A stretch of DNA of 64,000 nt. It comes from an uncultured Prochlorococcus sp. (GTDB lineage Bacteria > Cyanobacteriota > Cyanobacteriia > PCC-6307 > Cyanobiaceae). The translations under genes were made by a program, and so were the position numbers. The stretch lies in contig CACGDL010000001.1 in assembly GCA_902571795.1 (NCBI GenBank), forward strand, positions 9,222-73,221. Direction: 5' to 3'. Below, piece by piece: positions 29,408 to 42,651 of the stretch (positions are counted from its first letter, which is position 1; each line of letters begins with the position of its first letter). Under the pieces are notes generated by a model. That model saw only the letters and a program-made list of their open reading frames with translations. It did not search any database and was not told the DNA's origin.

Positions 29408-29730
29408 TTTTGATATTTACCAAATTGATCATTATATAAATCATCTTCGACCTCTTTACCAATAACAATATTCAAATCTGACTTAGGATATGCCACACAT
29501 AAGAGTGCAAAGCCCTTTTCCCTTAAATCATCATTTAATCCCATCGCATCCTCTTGATCTATAGATCCTTCCAATATCATGGATGCACAATCTGTACAAA
29601 CTCCTGAACAACAACTACTTGGTAAATCTATACCATTCTTTTTTGCCGCCGAAATAATATCTTGATCATCAGAACATAAAAAACTAAAAGTCTTTTGCTC
29701 AAATTGAACTTTGATATTGTATTCAGGCAT
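29404..29730 (-). CDS. 2Fe-2S plant-type ferredoxin
   Basis: CCSGVCTDC...LLCVAYP. Confidence 0.92.
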   Translation of the reverse strand: MPEYNIKVQFEQKTFSFLCSDDQDIISAAKKNGIDLPSSCCSGVCTDCASMILEGSIDQEDAMGLNDDLREKGFALLCVAYPKSDLNIVIGKEVEDDLYNDQFGKYQK

Positions 29731-29746
29731 ATCCTAAATCTAATTA

Positions 29747-30697
29747 CTAAACTGCTGAACCTCCTACAACTTCTAATATTTCTTGAGTAATAGCTGCTTG
29801 TCTAGCTTTGTTATAGGTTAGATTCAAAGTACTTGCTAATTCTTTAGCATTATCACTCGCATTATTCATCGCGGTCATCCTGCAAGCGAGTTCTGAAGCT
29901 GCTGACTCTTGAAGAGCTCTTAGTACCTGATTCTGTAAATATAATGGTAATAACGAATCTAATAATTGATCAGGACTTTGTTCAAAAACAATATCTGATG
30001 GTAATTTCTCTGAATCACTTTTTTCAATATTTGATTTTTCAACAAGTAACTTACTATCTTTTGTAGTCAACCTAAAAATTTCGTCGTTTTCCTCAGCAAT
30101 TCCCTGAGGATCAAGTGGCAATAATGTTTGAACGACAGGCGCGCAGCTAACTAGAGTAATGAATTTCGTGTAAATAATTTCCACCCTATCAGAATTTTCT
30201 GAAAGAAATTCAGCTAAAATCTCATTTGTAACTCCTTCGGAATCCTTGACTGTGGGTACCTGTTCTAGTTCTTTGAAAGTACTTTTAATTACATATCTAT
30301 CCTTTCTATTTTGAAAATATCCAATAGCTTTCTTCCCTACCAAAATTAAATTTGGCTGATAACCTTGTTTGATTAATTCTGCGTATCTTATTTCTACCTT
30401 TTTTATAATATTTGTGTTGTAACCACCGCATAAACCTCTATCCGCAGTTATACAAACCAAGGAGATACTCTTTACTTCTCTCTTGGATAATAGAGGAGAG
30501 TCGACAGCCTCAAATTGTACTCTAGATTGTATATTTTCTAAGACTCGTGCAAGTTTATCTGCAAAAGGTCTACTTTTAAGAACTTGATCTTGAGCTCTCC
30601 TAACTTTTGCAGCTGCAACAAGTCTCATAGCCTCCGTTATTTTTCTTGTATTTTTAACGGAAACGATTCGATCTCTAATCTCTTTAAGATTTGCCAT
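29747..30697 (-). CDS. atpG: ATP synthase F1 gamma subunit
   Basis: [14 protein letters not shown]. Confidence 0.98.
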   Translation of the reverse strand: MANLKEIRDRIVSVKNTRKITEAMRLVAAAKVRRAQDQVLKSRPFADKLARVLENIQSRVQFEAVDSPLLSKREVKSISLVCITADRGLCGGYNTNIIKKVEIRYAELIKQGYQPNLILVGKKAIGYFQNRKDRYVIKSTFKELEQVPTVKDSEGVTNEILAEFLSENSDRVEIIYTKFITLVSCAPVVQTLLPLDPQGIAEENDEIFRLTTKDSKLLVEKSNIEKSDSEKLPSDIVFEQSPDQLLDSLLPLYLQNQVLRALQESAASELACRMTAMNNASDNAKELASTLNLTYNKARQAAITQEILEVVGGSAV

Positions 30698-30715
30698 ATT
30701 ATCTCCTAAATAAAT

Positions 30716-32245
<1,530 letters not shown>

Positions 32246-32263
32246 TTAAGGTTGATTTAAAAG

Positions 32264-32806
32264 TTACTTGGAAAGAGATAAGCCAAGTTTTCTTATTTGT
32301 GAAGCAAGAGAAGCATCAATTACTTTTGATCCTACACTGGCGACGAAACCACCAATAAGAGATGGGTCGATTTTAGTTACAAGTTCTAATTTTTCTGTTC
32401 CAGCAATATTGATGATTTTTTTGGTAATTAAACCTTTCTGTTCATCAGTAAGCTCGACTGCAGAAGTAACAGTTGCCAAAGCAATATTACTATTTTCTCG
32501 GTAAATCTCTAAAAACCTATCAAGAATTGAAGTAAGGATTCCAATTCTTTGCCTATCGGCTAATAATTTTAAGAAATTAAGTAAAGAAGAATTAACCTTA
32601 TATGAAAAAATTTCAACAATGATTTTCTTCTTAGCATCTGTTTCTAAAATGGGAGAGGATAGTGCCTTCTCCAATTCAGGGGAATCATTTATTAATTCCA
32701 AGAGTTGTTTAACCTCAGAAACCATCTCTTCAGTTTGCGAATTTTCATTCACAACTTGAAGTAATGCCTCTGCGTATGGTGTAGTAACTGAATTTAAAAG
32801 TGGCAT
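32264..32806 (-). CDS. atpH: ATP synthase F1 delta subunit
   Basis: YAEAL, DPSLIGG; operon position. Confidence 0.96.
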   Translation of the reverse strand: MPLLNSVTTPYAEALLQVVNENSQTEEMVSEVKQLLELINDSPELEKALSSPILETDAKKKIIVEIFSYKVNSSLLNFLKLLADRQRIGILTSILDRFLEIYRENSNIALATVTSAVELTDEQKGLITKKIINIAGTEKLELVTKIDPSLIGGFVASVGSKVIDASLASQIRKLGLSLSK

Positions 32807-33318
32807 TAGTTCACCTCAATATTGTTAATAGATTGAGTTACCAAATTTTCTTGTGTTGTTTTATCAAGTCGATTTGGGAGAGAATCTAAAGCTTTCTTAA
32901 TTGCCAGTTCTACAGCTTCTTTTCGAAGTTGAGAAATTGCTCTGGATGCTTCAGAGCTCTCATCAGAGATTGCACTTTGTTTAATTCGGGCCATCTCCTC
33001 TATCGCTTTTTTCTCACTTTCCATTCTGATTGATTCAGATCTTTTAAGGGAATCTGCTTTTATTTGAGAAGCTTTTTCTTCTGCTGAAGATAAATCTTTC
33101 TTCGCTTTTTCTAAAGCTTGAGTTGCATTTAGGAGTCGATCTTCAGCATCTTTTAATTCAAGAAGGATTCCTTCTCTCCTTTTTTGAAGCATTTTACCTA
33201 GGAAACCAGGCAAAAATTTATAAAGACCGAAAACTACTACAGCCCAATTAAGGATATTAGTTTCGAATAAATTGAAGTTCAATCCAAAACCTTCTGTAGC
33301 TAAAAGAGTTAAATTCAT
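32806..33318 (-). CDS. atpF: ATP synthase F0 b subunit
   Basis: FETNILN, TM plus coiled coil. Confidence 0.95.
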   Translation of the reverse strand: MNLTLLATEGFGLNFNLFETNILNWAVVVFGLYKFLPGFLGKMLQKRREGILLELKDAEDRLLNATQALEKAKKDLSSAEEKASQIKADSLKRSESIRMESEKKAIEEMARIKQSAISDESSEASRAISQLRKEAVELAIKKALDSLPNRLDKTTQENLVTQSINNIEVN

Positions 33319-33776
33319 TTTTCTAGAATCAATCTATTAACAATAAGTTCGCTTAGATCATCAGCCTGTTTAGAAAGTTGATCACGAGCAGCAGACGTCT
33401 GACTTTCAATTTCTAGTCTTGCTTTTTCTTTTGAAGCATTTGCTTCATTGTTGGCAAGTTCTAGTGCTTCTTTATAGAGCTTATCAGACTCATTCTCAGC
33501 TTCGCTAACAATTCTTTGGGCTTCAGTACGAGCACTTTGAAGCTGAGTTAATAAATCAGCTTCTAATTTTTTAACCTCAGAAAGTTTATTTTTGGCCTCA
33601 ATAATATTATTACTTACAAACTTTTCTCTTTTTTCTACAACATTGCCAACAGGCTTAAAAAAGAGAGAATTTAATATGTAAGTAAGTGCAACTACTTGAA
33701 TCGCCATAAGTGGCAAAGTGGCATTTATATCAAATAATCCACCTTCTGTAGCACCAAAAAAATTAAAGGCCAACAT
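33315..33776 (-). CDS. atpF2: ATP synthase F0 b' subunit
   Basis: [12 protein letters not shown]. Confidence 0.93.
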   Translation of the reverse strand: MLAFNFFGATEGGLFDINATLPLMAIQVVALTYILNSLFFKPVGNVVEKREKFVSNNIIEAKNKLSEVKKLEADLLTQLQSARTEAQRIVSEAENESDKLYKEALELANNEANASKEKARLEIESQTSAARDQLSKQADDLSELIVNRLILEK

Positions 33777-33844
33777 ATGTTTTAGTTGAAGTTAAAAAAT
33801 TAAATTTAAATATTGCTAATAAGGATTAGAAGCAATATTAACTT

Positions 33845-34108
<264 letters not shown>

Positions 34109-34134
34109 TTAATACTTTTGATAATCTTTGTTGT

Positions 34135-34198
34135 CATGCACGCTTGGACATTCTTTGTTTTAAGAATGGGTCTGATATTTTCAGACCTACGCGATTAG
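34135..34198 (-). ncRNA. ATPC RNA motif (cis-structure between the a and c subunit genes); ends approximate
   Basis: Two adjacent hairpins GGTCTGA/TCAGACC and CATTCTT/AAGAATG closed by a short GC stem, at the position known for this motif. Confidence 0.75.
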
Positions 34199-34254
34199 AT
34201 ATTTTGCCAGATTACAGACCCTTTGTAAAAGCGTCTGAATGTATTGGAAGACAG

Positions 34255-34980
34255 CTAATGATGTTCTTCAACAGCTTCTCCAATGTAGTAGGCCGCTAGA
34301 GTTGCAAAAATCAATGCCTGAATTGCACTAGTAAATAATCCTAGGAACATAACAGGTATTGGTAGAATTAGCGGAACTAAAAAGACTAGAACACCAACAA
34401 CAAGTTCATCAGCCAAAATATTTCCAAATAGCCTGAAAGAGAGTGATAAAGGTTTCGTAAAGTCCTCTAGAATTTTGAAAGGTAGCATAATAGGAGTTGG
34501 GTGAACATAATATTCGAAGTATCTCCAACCCTTATTGCTTAAACCTGCATAGAAATAAGAAAGTGAAACCAATAAAGCCAAGGCTATAGTTGTATTAATA
34601 TCTGCAGTAGGTGCTCCTAATTCTCCACTTGGTAACTTAATCAATCTCCAAGGAATTAAAGCTCCTCCCCAATTACTAACAAAGACGAATAAAAATAAAG
34701 TACCTATAAATGGCATCCAATCTCTATATACTTTTTCACCTATTTGCGTCCTAGCAAGATCTCTTATGTAATCCCAAAGGAACTCAAGTAGATTTTGAAG
34801 GCCTTTAGGATCATTTTCCATTTTTTTAGTTCCTAAAGAAATAAAAACTAATAACGCTCCTAATAAAATCCAAGATGTTAAAAATACCTGCCCATGAAGT
34901 CTGATATTTCCAATTTGCCAATAAAGATGTTGACCAACTTCTAATGCTGCAAAATTTGTTAGCAAGGAATTAAAAAACAT
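34255..34980 (-). CDS. atpB: ATP synthase F0 a subunit
   Basis: [15 protein letters not shown]. Confidence 0.98.
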   Translation of the reverse strand: MFFNSLLTNFAALEVGQHLYWQIGNIRLHGQVFLTSWILLGALLVFISLGTKKMENDPKGLQNLLEFLWDYIRDLARTQIGEKVYRDWMPFIGTLFLFVFVSNWGGALIPWRLIKLPSGELGAPTADINTTIALALLVSLSYFYAGLSNKGWRYFEYYVHPTPIMLPFKILEDFTKPLSLSFRLFGNILADELVVGVLVFLVPLILPIPVMFLGLFTSAIQALIFATLAAYYIGEAVEEHH

Positions 34981-35003
34981 TTGTTTTGAATAAAAAAATT
35001 TAC

Positions 35004-35480
35004 TTAAGAACGTGAAAAATAAAAAATGAGTGAAGGCTTATAAATAAAAAAACCTATCATCGCAGGAAAAATATCCAAAGATCCTAGCTTGCTCGCAAAA
35101 ATAAAGAGGCAAACTGGAACTAATAGTTGCAATTTTGATACACCTGATGATTCTTTACCAAGTTTCCCTATATTTTTGGCAAGCAAACGTAGGTAAAAAA
35201 TGCCGGCAATTGCACCTATAAAGATACTAAAACCAAAAGTAAAACCTAGAAAAATTCCAGTTATTGATGCTAATAAAATAGAAACAATAAAAGTAATTCC
35301 AAAAATTGTTAATTGCAATTTTGTGTATTCATCATTCTGGGAAAGCAAATGATCTATTGGATTGGCAATGCCAGATTTACTTTCTTTAATGATCGAATTA
35401 TTTAGGGATTGAGGAAATTGAACATTCTCATTAGAAGGATGTTCAAGTTTTTTTCTATTTGAGTCCACTGATGTGAACAT
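35004..35480 (-). CDS. atpI: ATP synthase protein I (Atp1)
   Basis: First gene of the operon; hydrophobic; YLRLLA, GFFIYK. Confidence 0.85.
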   Translation of the reverse strand: MFTSVDSNRKKLEHPSNENVQFPQSLNNSIIKESKSGIANPIDHLLSQNDEYTKLQLTIFGITFIVSILLASITGIFLGFTFGFSIFIGAIAGIFYLRLLAKNIGKLGKESSGVSKLQLLVPVCLFIFASKLGSLDIFPAMIGFFIYKPSLIFYFSRS

Positions 35481-35746
35481 AGTTTAAAAACCCCTCTGAA
35501 TGGTTTTAAGTAAGTATATAAACTCACGGAATCTATCACGGAGAGGTGCCTTTTAGCTAGTTTTTTTTTATAAAAAATTAAATCTTAAGATTTATGATGA
35601 ATCTGTAGGCCATTTTTTACTTTATTCTTCAAAAATAAAATTTAAGAAAAGTCATCTTTTTAATTGTGTTAACACTTTAAAACGTTAATAAAAGACTTGG
35701 CAAAATCTCATTTAAACGTCTCAATAGTAAATATACATCTAAAAAA

Positions 35747-36982
35747 TTGGAGATAAGTCAAGATAAAATAAAATATAAAAGAATTGCTAAAAGAAAAAAA
35801 ACCTTTAGTTCTAATTACAAAAAAACTTTCAGCAATTTAAAAGAGTCTATATTTCCATTACCTTGGGCGATATGGCCTTATGAAGCAAAAATCCTCATTG
35901 TCATCATTGGAATTTGGTCAATATTAGGAATATGCATACTAGGATCATCAAGTTGGTGGGTGGCTAGTAGGGAAATGGGAAATTGGGCTTACTTCTTAAA
36001 AAAACAAATCATTTGGACAATTCCAGGAATTAGTTTATTTTATTTCGTACTTAATACAAACATTAGAAATCTTTTAAAGTTTTCAAGAATTATTTTTTAT
36101 ATTTTATTCTTTTTGATTTTCCTTACCAATCTTACTGGAATTACAGTTAATGGATCTTCAAGATGGCTAGTGCTTGGCAATTTACGTCTGCAGCCATCTG
36201 AATTAATTAAACCTTTTCTAATTCTAGAAGCCTCTAATCTTTTTGCACATTGGAATCTAGCAAAGAATGAAAAAAAAATAATCTCAATTATAACCTTTGG
36301 TTTATTAATTTTATTAATACTTAAACAGCCTAATTTAAGTACCGCATCATTAACTGGAATTCTTCTTTGGGTAATGGGTTTATGTGGAGGAGTAAAACTT
36401 AGCTCTCTTTGCTCATTTGCTTCAATAGGATTAATTACTGGATGTATCAGTATCCTTAATAACGAATATCAAAAACTGAGAGTTACTTCATTTATAAATC
36501 CTTGGAAAGATCAACAAGAAAATGGATTTCAATTGGTTCAAAGTTTATTAGCTATAGGTTCAGGTGGTCTATTTGGCCAAGGTTTTGGACTGTCGATACA
36601 AAAATTACAGTATCTGCCGTTCATGTATACAGATTTTATTTTTGCCATTTTTGCGGAAGAATTTGGTTTATTGGGGTGTACTTTATTCTTAGGATTTTTA
36701 GCAGTATTCTCTTATATAAGTCTAAGAATTAGTCTTAAATGCAGAAACAACTATACAAAATTAGTTGCTATCGGATGTGGTGTGTTGTTGACAGGTCAAT
36801 CAATAATGCATATTGCTGTAGCAACAGGTTCAATGCCCACTACAGGGTTACCACTACCTTTCATTAGTTATGGTGGCAATTCATTAATAGCGTCTTTTTT
36901 TATTGCAGGGATGTTAGTTAGATGTTCATTAGAGTCAACAGGATTCATTGGTATGATTAGTACACGAAAGACTCTTAATTAG
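35747..36982 (+). CDS. ftsW: SEDS family cell division protein
   Basis: QPSELIK, GSGGLFG, TDFIFA, PFISYGG. Confidence 0.92.
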   Translation: MEISQDKIKYKRIAKRKKTFSSNYKKTFSNLKESIFPLPWAIWPYEAKILIVIIGIWSILGICILGSSSWWVASREMGNWAYFLKKQIIWTIPGISLFYFVLNTNIRNLLKFSRIIFYILFFLIFLTNLTGITVNGSSRWLVLGNLRLQPSELIKPFLILEASNLFAHWNLAKNEKKIISIITFGLLILLILKQPNLSTASLTGILLWVMGLCGGVKLSSLCSFASIGLITGCISILNNEYQKLRVTSFINPWKDQQENGFQLVQSLLAIGSGGLFGQGFGLSIQKLQYLPFMYTDFIFAIFAEEFGLLGCTLFLGFLAVFSYISLRISLKCRNNYTKLVAIGCGVLLTGQSIMHIAVATGSMPTTGLPLPFISYGGNSLIASFFIAGMLVRCSLESTGFIGMISTRKTLN

Positions 36983-37064
36983 TTAGAATTTAAAGGATTA
37001 AATTCAAGCTATCGAATCATTTAATTTAGTTATTTCAGAATTATCTCAAAAGGGTAATCTGCTT

Positions 37065-37721
37065 ATGCAGAATGGTCTTAGTAGTCCTGGTCCATTTACT
37101 ATATTTTTGGTTTTCAGCGCAGGACTTTTAACAAGTCTTGGGCCATGTTCATTATCATTACTCCCAGTGACAATTGCTTATATAGGCGGAACAGAGAAAA
37201 ATAAATTTAAACTTATTAGTTTTTCAGGAGGTGTAGTTTTCTCGCTTGTTGCACTGGGGGCTGCGAGTGGATTCTTAGGTAAAATATATGGGCAAATTCC
37301 ATCTTATTACACTTCATTTGTTGCCTTAATAGCAATAATAATGGGTTTAAATTTATTAGGAATTCTAAAGTTTCAGTTTCCGAATGGACCTGATATAAAA
37401 ATAATTGAAGATAAAATACCAACATTTATAGCGCCTTTTGCCATAGGGACTACTTTTGGACTAGCTTCGTCACCTTGCATTACTCCAGTTTTAGCGACTC
37501 TTTTAGCTTGGGTATCGCAAGCTAAAAACCCAATAATATCTATTATTTTTTTGTTTTTCTTTGGGATAGGCCAAGTAACCCCATTAATCATTGCAGGAGC
37601 TACTGCAGAAAACTTAAAGCAATTTTTAGCTCTCAGAAAATTTAGTCAAATAATTCCGACTTTAAGTGGGATATTTTTAGTTTCCCTAGGGTTATTAAAT
37701 TTATTTTCAAATTGGATTTAA
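37065..37721 (+). CDS. ccdA: Cytochrome c biogenesis protein CcdA
   Basis: Two PC motifs in TM helices. Confidence 0.92.
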   Translation: MQNGLSSPGPFTIFLVFSAGLLTSLGPCSLSLLPVTIAYIGGTEKNKFKLISFSGGVVFSLVALGAASGFLGKIYGQIPSYYTSFVALIAIIMGLNLLGILKFQFPNGPDIKIIEDKIPTFIAPFAIGTTFGLASSPCITPVLATLLAWVSQAKNPIISIIFLFFFGIGQVTPLIIAGATAENLKQFLALRKFSQIIPTLSGIFLVSLGLLNLFSNWI

Positions 37722-39008
37722 ATGATTATTTTTAAGAATCTAATTTTAAAAATATCAAGTTTAAAATTCGCTATATCGCTGATAATCTTCATTGCTATTG
37801 CCAGTGGAATAGGTACTTTTATACCTCAAGGTAGTAATAATAAATTCTATATTGATAATTTCGATATAGCTCCCATTTTTGGATTTTTAGATGGAGAAAA
37901 AGTCTTAAAACTTCAATTGGATCATATATATACAAGCTTTTGGTTTTTATTTACATTAATTCTTCTTTGCATTTCTTTGGCAGCTTGTAGTTTTAGGAGA
38001 CAAATCCCTTCATTAAAAGCTTCATTAAAATGGATTGAATATAAGAGCGAAAAAAAATTTAGCAAACTGCAACTAACTACAAGTCATCCAATCAATCAAG
38101 ATGGAGAACATATATCAAAAGTAGATTTATTACTTAAAAAAAAAGGATGGAAAACATACAAATTTAATAGTCATATTTCTGCAAGAAAGGGGTTAATTGG
38201 AAAAATCGGTCCTTTAGTTGTACATATAGGATTAATAGTCTTACTTATAGGTTCAGCATATGGAAGTTTTACAAGTCAATCAAAAGAACAATATTTACTG
38301 CCTGGAGAAACTTTAGATCTTGTTAATGAGAGCACAAACTCAAAAGCCAATGTAAAATTAGTCGATTTTTCTATAGAACGTGAAAGTGATGGCGTGCCCA
38401 AACAGTTTATTTCAAAATTAAATTTTTCTTCTGAAGATCTAAATTTAAATGAAATAAAAACAACCAAAGTTAATCACCCAATCAGGTTTAAAGGATTAAC
38501 TATTTATCAAGCAGATTGGGCAATATCAAATGTTGTTTTAGAAATAGATAATATACTTTATCAATTACAATTAAAGGAGATTCCAGAAATCGGTAATCAA
38601 GTTTGGGGAGTTTTAGTTGAATTAGGATCTGAGACTAAAAAAAATTTCCTTCTAACAATAGATAATGAAAATGGTCCACTTAAAATTTCGAATATAGAAA
38701 ATTTTTCCGGGAATAATCTCTATATCAATGACGATCCTTTAGAAGTTAACTCTTCAAAAGTATCTCTGAAAAAAATAATCCCCAGCAGTGGATTAATTAT
38801 TAAAAATGATCCGTCCATACCATTTATTTACTTTTCTTTTATCTTAATAATTTTTGGAACAATAATAAGTCTAATACCAACTAACCAATTATGGATTCTG
38901 GTAAATAAAGAATCACAAAAGTTATCTATTGGAGGCCTTAGTAATAAAAATCTAGTTGGTTTTAAAAAAGAATTTTTTAAATTATCAGACGAAATAAAAA
39001 ATTTTTAA
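37722..39008 (+). CDS. ccs1: Cytochrome c biogenesis protein Ccs1/ResB
   Basis: GTFIPQ, VHIG, VNHP, YQADW. Confidence 0.92.
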   Translation: MIIFKNLILKISSLKFAISLIIFIAIASGIGTFIPQGSNNKFYIDNFDIAPIFGFLDGEKVLKLQLDHIYTSFWFLFTLILLCISLAACSFRRQIPSLKASLKWIEYKSEKKFSKLQLTTSHPINQDGEHISKVDLLLKKKGWKTYKFNSHISARKGLIGKIGPLVVHIGLIVLLIGSAYGSFTSQSKEQYLLPGETLDLVNESTNSKANVKLVDFSIERESDGVPKQFISKLNFSSEDLNLNEIKTTKVNHPIRFKGLTIYQADWAISNVVLEIDNILYQLQLKEIPEIGNQVWGVLVELGSETKKNFLLTIDNENGPLKISNIENFSGNNLYINDDPLEVNSSKVSLKKIIPSSGLIIKNDPSIPFIYFSFILIIFGTIISLIPTNQLWILVNKESQKLSIGGLSNKNLVGFKKEFFKLSDEIKNF

Positions 39009-39415
39009 TTTCTTTTCTGCCCACTAAAAATATCTAACTGCATAGAAACATTACCTCTGGGGTTAAATGCAGCATTTAAATGTATCCAGTGAGGTGAACC
39101 TTCATTCACTAAATCATCCATAATTCTATTCACAACTTCCTCATGTGATATTTTTATATCCCTAAAATTATTAATATAAAGCTTTAAGGACTTCAACTCA
39201 TAGACTTTCAAATTAGGTTGATAAATAATATTAAGCTTTGCAAAATCTGGATAACCAGAAAAGGGGCACTTACATGTAAATTCAGGCAACTGAATAGAAA
39301 TTTCATAAATTCTTTTCTTATTTGGATTATCGAAACAAATTATTTTTGATTCTTCAATAATTCTTTCACCATATAGCGGTCTTTGAGTCGAATCTTCTAA
39401 TTTAGCTGTACTCAT
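39005..39415 (-). CDS. queF: 7-cyano-7-deazaguanine reductase
   Basis: [26 protein letters not shown]. Confidence 0.96.
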   Translation of the reverse strand: MSTAKLEDSTQRPLYGERIIEESKIICFDNPNKKRIYEISIQLPEFTCKCPFSGYPDFAKLNIIYQPNLKVYELKSLKLYINNFRDIKISHEEVVNRIMDDLVNEGSPHWIHLNAAFNPRGNVSMQLDIFSGQKRN

Positions 39416-39538
39416 TTTTAGTAGAACTTTTTTACTAAACCTATATAAAAACTATATATAAAGATAAAAATTCGCAAAAGTATCAACAAATCTAAGTATT
39501 ACAATTGACTAAGTCAAAAGATGTAAAATCTTATTTTT

Positions 39539-39552
39539 GTATCAATAGTAAC
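39539..39552. promoter_or_regulatory. Imperfect NtcA box (GTA-N8-AAC) upstream of the glnB operon
   Basis: TGTATCAATAGTAACA, one mismatch from consensus; plausible context. Confidence 0.4.
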
Positions 39553-39604
39553 ATTCATAATGTCCGCCGAAAGGTTTATATGTGTTTAGTTCAATGAAAA
39601 ATTA

Positions 39605-39850
39605 ATGGACATTTGTTTGATAACTATCGATAACAACTTAAATAAATCCCTTCAACCAAAAACTGCAATTGGAATGTTATGGCTTCAAACACACTTTGAG
39701 AATAATCAGTGGGAAGCGTTGTCAAATAGTACAGTAATAATTTCTGAAGAAAATTCCCAATTATTAATTGAAGACGCCAAGAATGCAGGCCTTAATGTTG
39801 AATGTTTTTCTGATATTTCAATGTTGGATGTTTTCCCAAAAAACAATTAA
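39605..39850 (+). CDS. Conserved hypothetical protein upstream of glnB
   Basis: GMLWLQTHFE motif. Confidence 0.85.
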   Translation: MDICLITIDNNLNKSLQPKTAIGMLWLQTHFENNQWEALSNSTVIISEENSQLLIEDAKNAGLNVECFSDISMLDVFPKNN

Positions 39851-40213
<363 letters not shown>

Positions 40214-40214
40214 T

Positions 40215-41027
40215 TCAAAGAGTTTCTTTTACTAAATTTTGTATATATTCACTATCAATCTTTGTATCTGATTGACTTCCTAAGGTCATCCAAGCTAGAT
40301 ATTCATGATTTCCAGCAGGGCCTACTAGTGGAGAAGCTATCAAATTCTTTATATTCCATTGGAAATTTTTAGCAGCATTAATAACAGACTCTATAGCCTC
40401 AGTATGGAATTTAGGATTGCGAACAACACCGCCTTTACTGACCTTATCTTTACCTACTTCAAATTGGGGTTTAATTAAGAATATTCCCTCAATACAATCA
40501 CCTTCTAATAAATTACCGATAGATTTAAAAACTAACTTTAATGAAATAAAAGACAAATCAGCAACCACAAAATTTGGTAATTCATTACTTCTACATAAAA
40601 GATCATTAGGTTTTAAATTTCGAATATTAGTTCGTTCAAAAAGTATGACTTTGGGGTTATTTCTAATCTTCCATGCAGTCTGTCCATAACCAACATCTAT
40701 CCCATAAACTAACTTTGCTCCTTGTTGCAATAAGCAATCAGTAAATCCCCCAGTAGAGATCCCTGCGTCAATACATATTTTATCTTTAACTTTAATTTTA
40801 AGTTTTTTAAATGCCTCCAATAATTTTTCGCCACCCCTTGATACGAACATAGGTTCGTAATCAATAAAAAATTCAGATCCAATTAATACTTGTTGTCCAG
40901 GTTTATCCATTACTTTTCCATTAATATCTCTAACCTTGCCAGCAAGAATTAAACCTTGGGCCTTTTGACGAGTTTCACATAAACCTTTATTTAGAAGATA
41001 AAGGTCTAATCTACTTTTTTTAATCAT
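40215..41027 (-). CDS. tlyA: TlyA-family rRNA methyltransferase
   Basis: S4 domain, VSRGGEKL, STGGFTD, KPQFE. Confidence 0.93.
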   Translation of the reverse strand: MIKKSRLDLYLLNKGLCETRQKAQGLILAGKVRDINGKVMDKPGQQVLIGSEFFIDYEPMFVSRGGEKLLEAFKKLKIKVKDKICIDAGISTGGFTDCLLQQGAKLVYGIDVGYGQTAWKIRNNPKVILFERTNIRNLKPNDLLCRSNELPNFVVADLSFISLKLVFKSIGNLLEGDCIEGIFLIKPQFEVGKDKVSKGGVVRNPKFHTEAIESVINAAKNFQWNIKNLIASPLVGPAGNHEYLAWMTLGSQSDTKIDSEYIQNLVKETL

Positions 41028-41307
41028 CTATTAATCAATAAAAAAGACTGAATAATGAACTTCTACAAGATTAAGATCGAAATTGTTTAATACCTTCCAA
41101 TTTTAAATTAGAACTAAAAAATTACCCATTGTTAATGCAAGGAATAAATGAAACATTTTTATATTTAAGCTTTCTTTATTAGCCAGAAAAATGTTACATA
41201 AGAAAATAATAATCAGACAAATATGTTCAATGGCAAGTACATCTTTAAGGTATAGGGCAATAATTCGATTTTGGTTATAAAGTTTATATTGATAATTAGT
41301 AAAAATT

Positions 41308-42603
41308 GTGATCGAGCGTTACACATTACCCGAAATGGGGACAATCTGGACTGAAAGGGCAAAATTCCAGAGTTGGCTTAAAGTTGAAATAGCTGCATGT
41401 GAAGCAAATTTTTCCCTCGGGAAAATTCCTGAGAATGCCATGAAAGAGATACGTTCAAATGCAAAGTTTGATGAATCTAGAATTACCGAAATTGAAAAAG
41501 AAGTTAAACATGATGTTATAGCATTTCTTACAAGCGTTAATGAATTTGTAGGAGATTCTGGAAGATACATACATGTAGGTATGACAAGTAGTGATGTACT
41601 TGATACTGGCTTATCTCTTCAATTAAAAGACTCTTGCGAATTATTATTGGAAGAAATTGAGAACCTAGAAAATGAAGTTAGATTATTAGCAAGGAAGCAT
41701 AAAAATACATTAATGGTTGGCAGATCTCATGCAATTCATGGGGAGCCAATTTCCTTCGGTTTTAAACTTGCTGGATGGTTAGCAGAAATAATAAGGAACA
41801 AAAAAAGATTGCTAATACTGAGAGAATCTGTAGCAATTGGACAAATAAGTGGTGCAATGGGAACTTACGCTAATACGAATCCCAATGTAGAACAAATAAC
41901 TTGTGATTTACTCGGCTTAAAACCAGATACAGCAAGTACGCAGGTTATCTCGAGAGACAGACATGCAGAATATGTACAAACTATTGCACTAGTTGGCGCT
42001 TCTCTAGACAGATTCGCAACTGAAATAAGAAATTTACAAAGGACTGACGTTTTAGAAGTTGAGGAGGGCTTTACAAAAGGGCAAAAAGGAAGTTCTGCAA
42101 TGCCGCATAAAAGAAATCCTATTAGAAGTGAAAGAGTAAGCGGTTTAGCAAGAATTTTGAGGAGTTACGTCTTAACAGCACTGGAAAATGTTCCACTTTG
42201 GCACGAAAGAGATATAAGCCATAGTTCAAATGAACGTATCATGTTACCTGACGTATCAATCTGTTTGCATTTTATGCTCAGGGAAATGAAAGATATAGTA
42301 AGCAATTTGGAAGTTTATCCAAAAAATATGCTCAAAAATTTAAATATTTATGGTGGTGTGATCTTTAGTCAGAAAGTTTTACTTTTGCTTGTAGAGAGGG
42401 GCTTATCTAGAGAAAAGGCTTATAGCTTGGTACAAAAAAATGCGCATCAGGCGTGGAATACTCAGAATGGGAATTTCAAACAAAATCTAGAGAGAGATAA
42501 TGAAATAATGGATTTTATTGATCAAAGCGACCTAGAAGAATGTTTTAATCCTTCGATTCATCTCAATAATTTAAGTGTAATATGGGAGAAGTTAGGTATC
42601 TAG
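41308..42603 (+). CDS. purB: Adenylosuccinate lyase
   Basis: GSSAMPHKRNP. Confidence 0.97.
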   Translation: MIERYTLPEMGTIWTERAKFQSWLKVEIAACEANFSLGKIPENAMKEIRSNAKFDESRITEIEKEVKHDVIAFLTSVNEFVGDSGRYIHVGMTSSDVLDTGLSLQLKDSCELLLEEIENLENEVRLLARKHKNTLMVGRSHAIHGEPISFGFKLAGWLAEIIRNKKRLLILRESVAIGQISGAMGTYANTNPNVEQITCDLLGLKPDTASTQVISRDRHAEYVQTIALVGASLDRFATEIRNLQRTDVLEVEEGFTKGQKGSSAMPHKRNPIRSERVSGLARILRSYVLTALENVPLWHERDISHSSNERIMLPDVSICLHFMLREMKDIVSNLEVYPKNMLKNLNIYGGVIFSQKVLLLLVERGLSREKAYSLVQKNAHQAWNTQNGNFKQNLERDNEIMDFIDQSDLEECFNPSIHLNNLSVIWEKLGI

Positions 42604-42651
42604 GATTACTGAAAACCGTATCTCAGTTAAACCAGTGTTTTCAGAGGAATA

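Noticed and set aside
41028-41307. Possible small gene between tlyA and purB
   Set aside because: Only short low-complexity frames without an RBS; likely a divergent promoter region.
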